From Limnochordia bacterium (lineage in GTDB: Bacteria; Bacillota; Limnochordia; DTU080): DNA of 64,000 nucleotides. Shown here piece after piece: positions 63,555 to 64,000 of this stretch; position 1 is the stretch's first letter, and the number at the start of each line of letters is the position of its first letter. The position numbers and the translations under genes were made by a program. The notes under the pieces are model-generated. The model saw only the letters and a list, made by a program, of their open reading frames with translations. It was not told the origin of the DNA and did not search any database. The stretch is from positions 160,001-224,000 of the forward strand of contig JBMNJG010000002.1 in NCBI GenBank assembly GCA_050951545.1, in the 5' to 3' direction.

Positions 63555-64000
63555 CGTGACTTTCCTAGTTAGCGAAAAGAAAATGGGGCAAAGCCCCTAT
63601 CCTAAGGCGTTTTTCAGATGTCCGGATGTCGCACCTGACTATGCGCGAGCTTCTCGAGATTTAGGAGATCAAACAGGCGCCTTTGCGGTGGGGTCATGCG
63701 CGAAAGTGTGATGTGCGGTTCTATTTTGCTGTCGGCCGGATAGACATGAAGGACTTCCTTGATATTTTCGAGCCGGTTGATGATTGATGTTGCAGACGTG
63801 TCCTCGAGCTCTATGTTGTCAGCAGCCGCTCGTTGAAGAACTTCGCGCCGTAGAAGCGAAGTCAGCGTGAGGGCTAAAACGCAATAAAAGGCATGAACTC
63901 GGATCTTTGAGTCGGTCCAACGAAACATTGGGCGCCAAGCTACGCACTGGGGATCCTTCATTTGTGAGAAGGCGTGCTCAATCTCGAACTCGCCGCGATA
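63555..64000 (-). mobile_element. IS1634-family element, right end (continues beyond the window)
   Basis: IR cgtgactttcctagtta next to TTAG; contains the transposase 3' end. Confidence 0.88.
63614..64000 (-). CDS. IS1634-family transposase, C-terminal part
   Basis: YRGEFEIEHAFSQMKD..RPMFRWTDSKIRVHAFYCVLAL. Confidence 0.88.
   Translation of the reverse strand, partial: YRGEFEIEHAFSQMKDPQCVAWRPMFRWTDSKIRVHAFYCVLALTLTSLLRREVLQRAAADNIELEDTSATSIINRLENIKEVLHVYPADSKIEPHITLSRMTPPQRRLFDLLNLEKLAHSQVRHPDI

Noticed and set aside
62406-63711. ORFs 62406-62627 and 63505-63711 with identical peptide
   Set aside because: Artefacts of the duplicated IS1634 right end read antisense.

Overview
GC-rich chromosomal window from a saccharolytic bacterium, inferred to be a diderm, probably spore-forming Bacillota (Limnochordia-like). 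The evidence is a LolA/LolCDE-like operon, sugar-binding proteins without clear lipoboxes, and SigA/SigH/SigK-like promoters. It is dominated by ten sugar ABC solute-binding protein genes plus one fragment, with no cognate permease in the window, mixed with GH84, GH16, a beta-helix polysaccharide lyase-like protein, NagA, a DeoR regulator and other enzymes. Also present are tRNA-Ser(UGA), a heterodimeric ABC exporter with a leader-peptide attenuator, a type I R-M locus (hsdS broken), Lhr helicase, an atypical DprA, mscL, a small alarmone hydrolase and a VapBC-type toxin-antitoxin pair. Mobile DNA includes a complete ISLre2 splitting an SBP gene (9-bp TSD), an IS1634 nested in an IS3 remnant, and a 237-bp IS1634-derived MITE. 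The most novel-looking items are a duplicated CxxCxxC module gene pair behind a SigK-like promoter, the ABC exporter attenuator, a 1-kb structured non-coding region with a diverged 170-bp repeat, an orphan ShosA-like DprA with an acidic partner, and a two-repeat secreted protein between IS ends. Several single-base frameshifts (tetR, hsdS, lhr) may be sequencing errors. No CRISPR array, rRNA or integrase was seen. All calls are by eye, without database searches.
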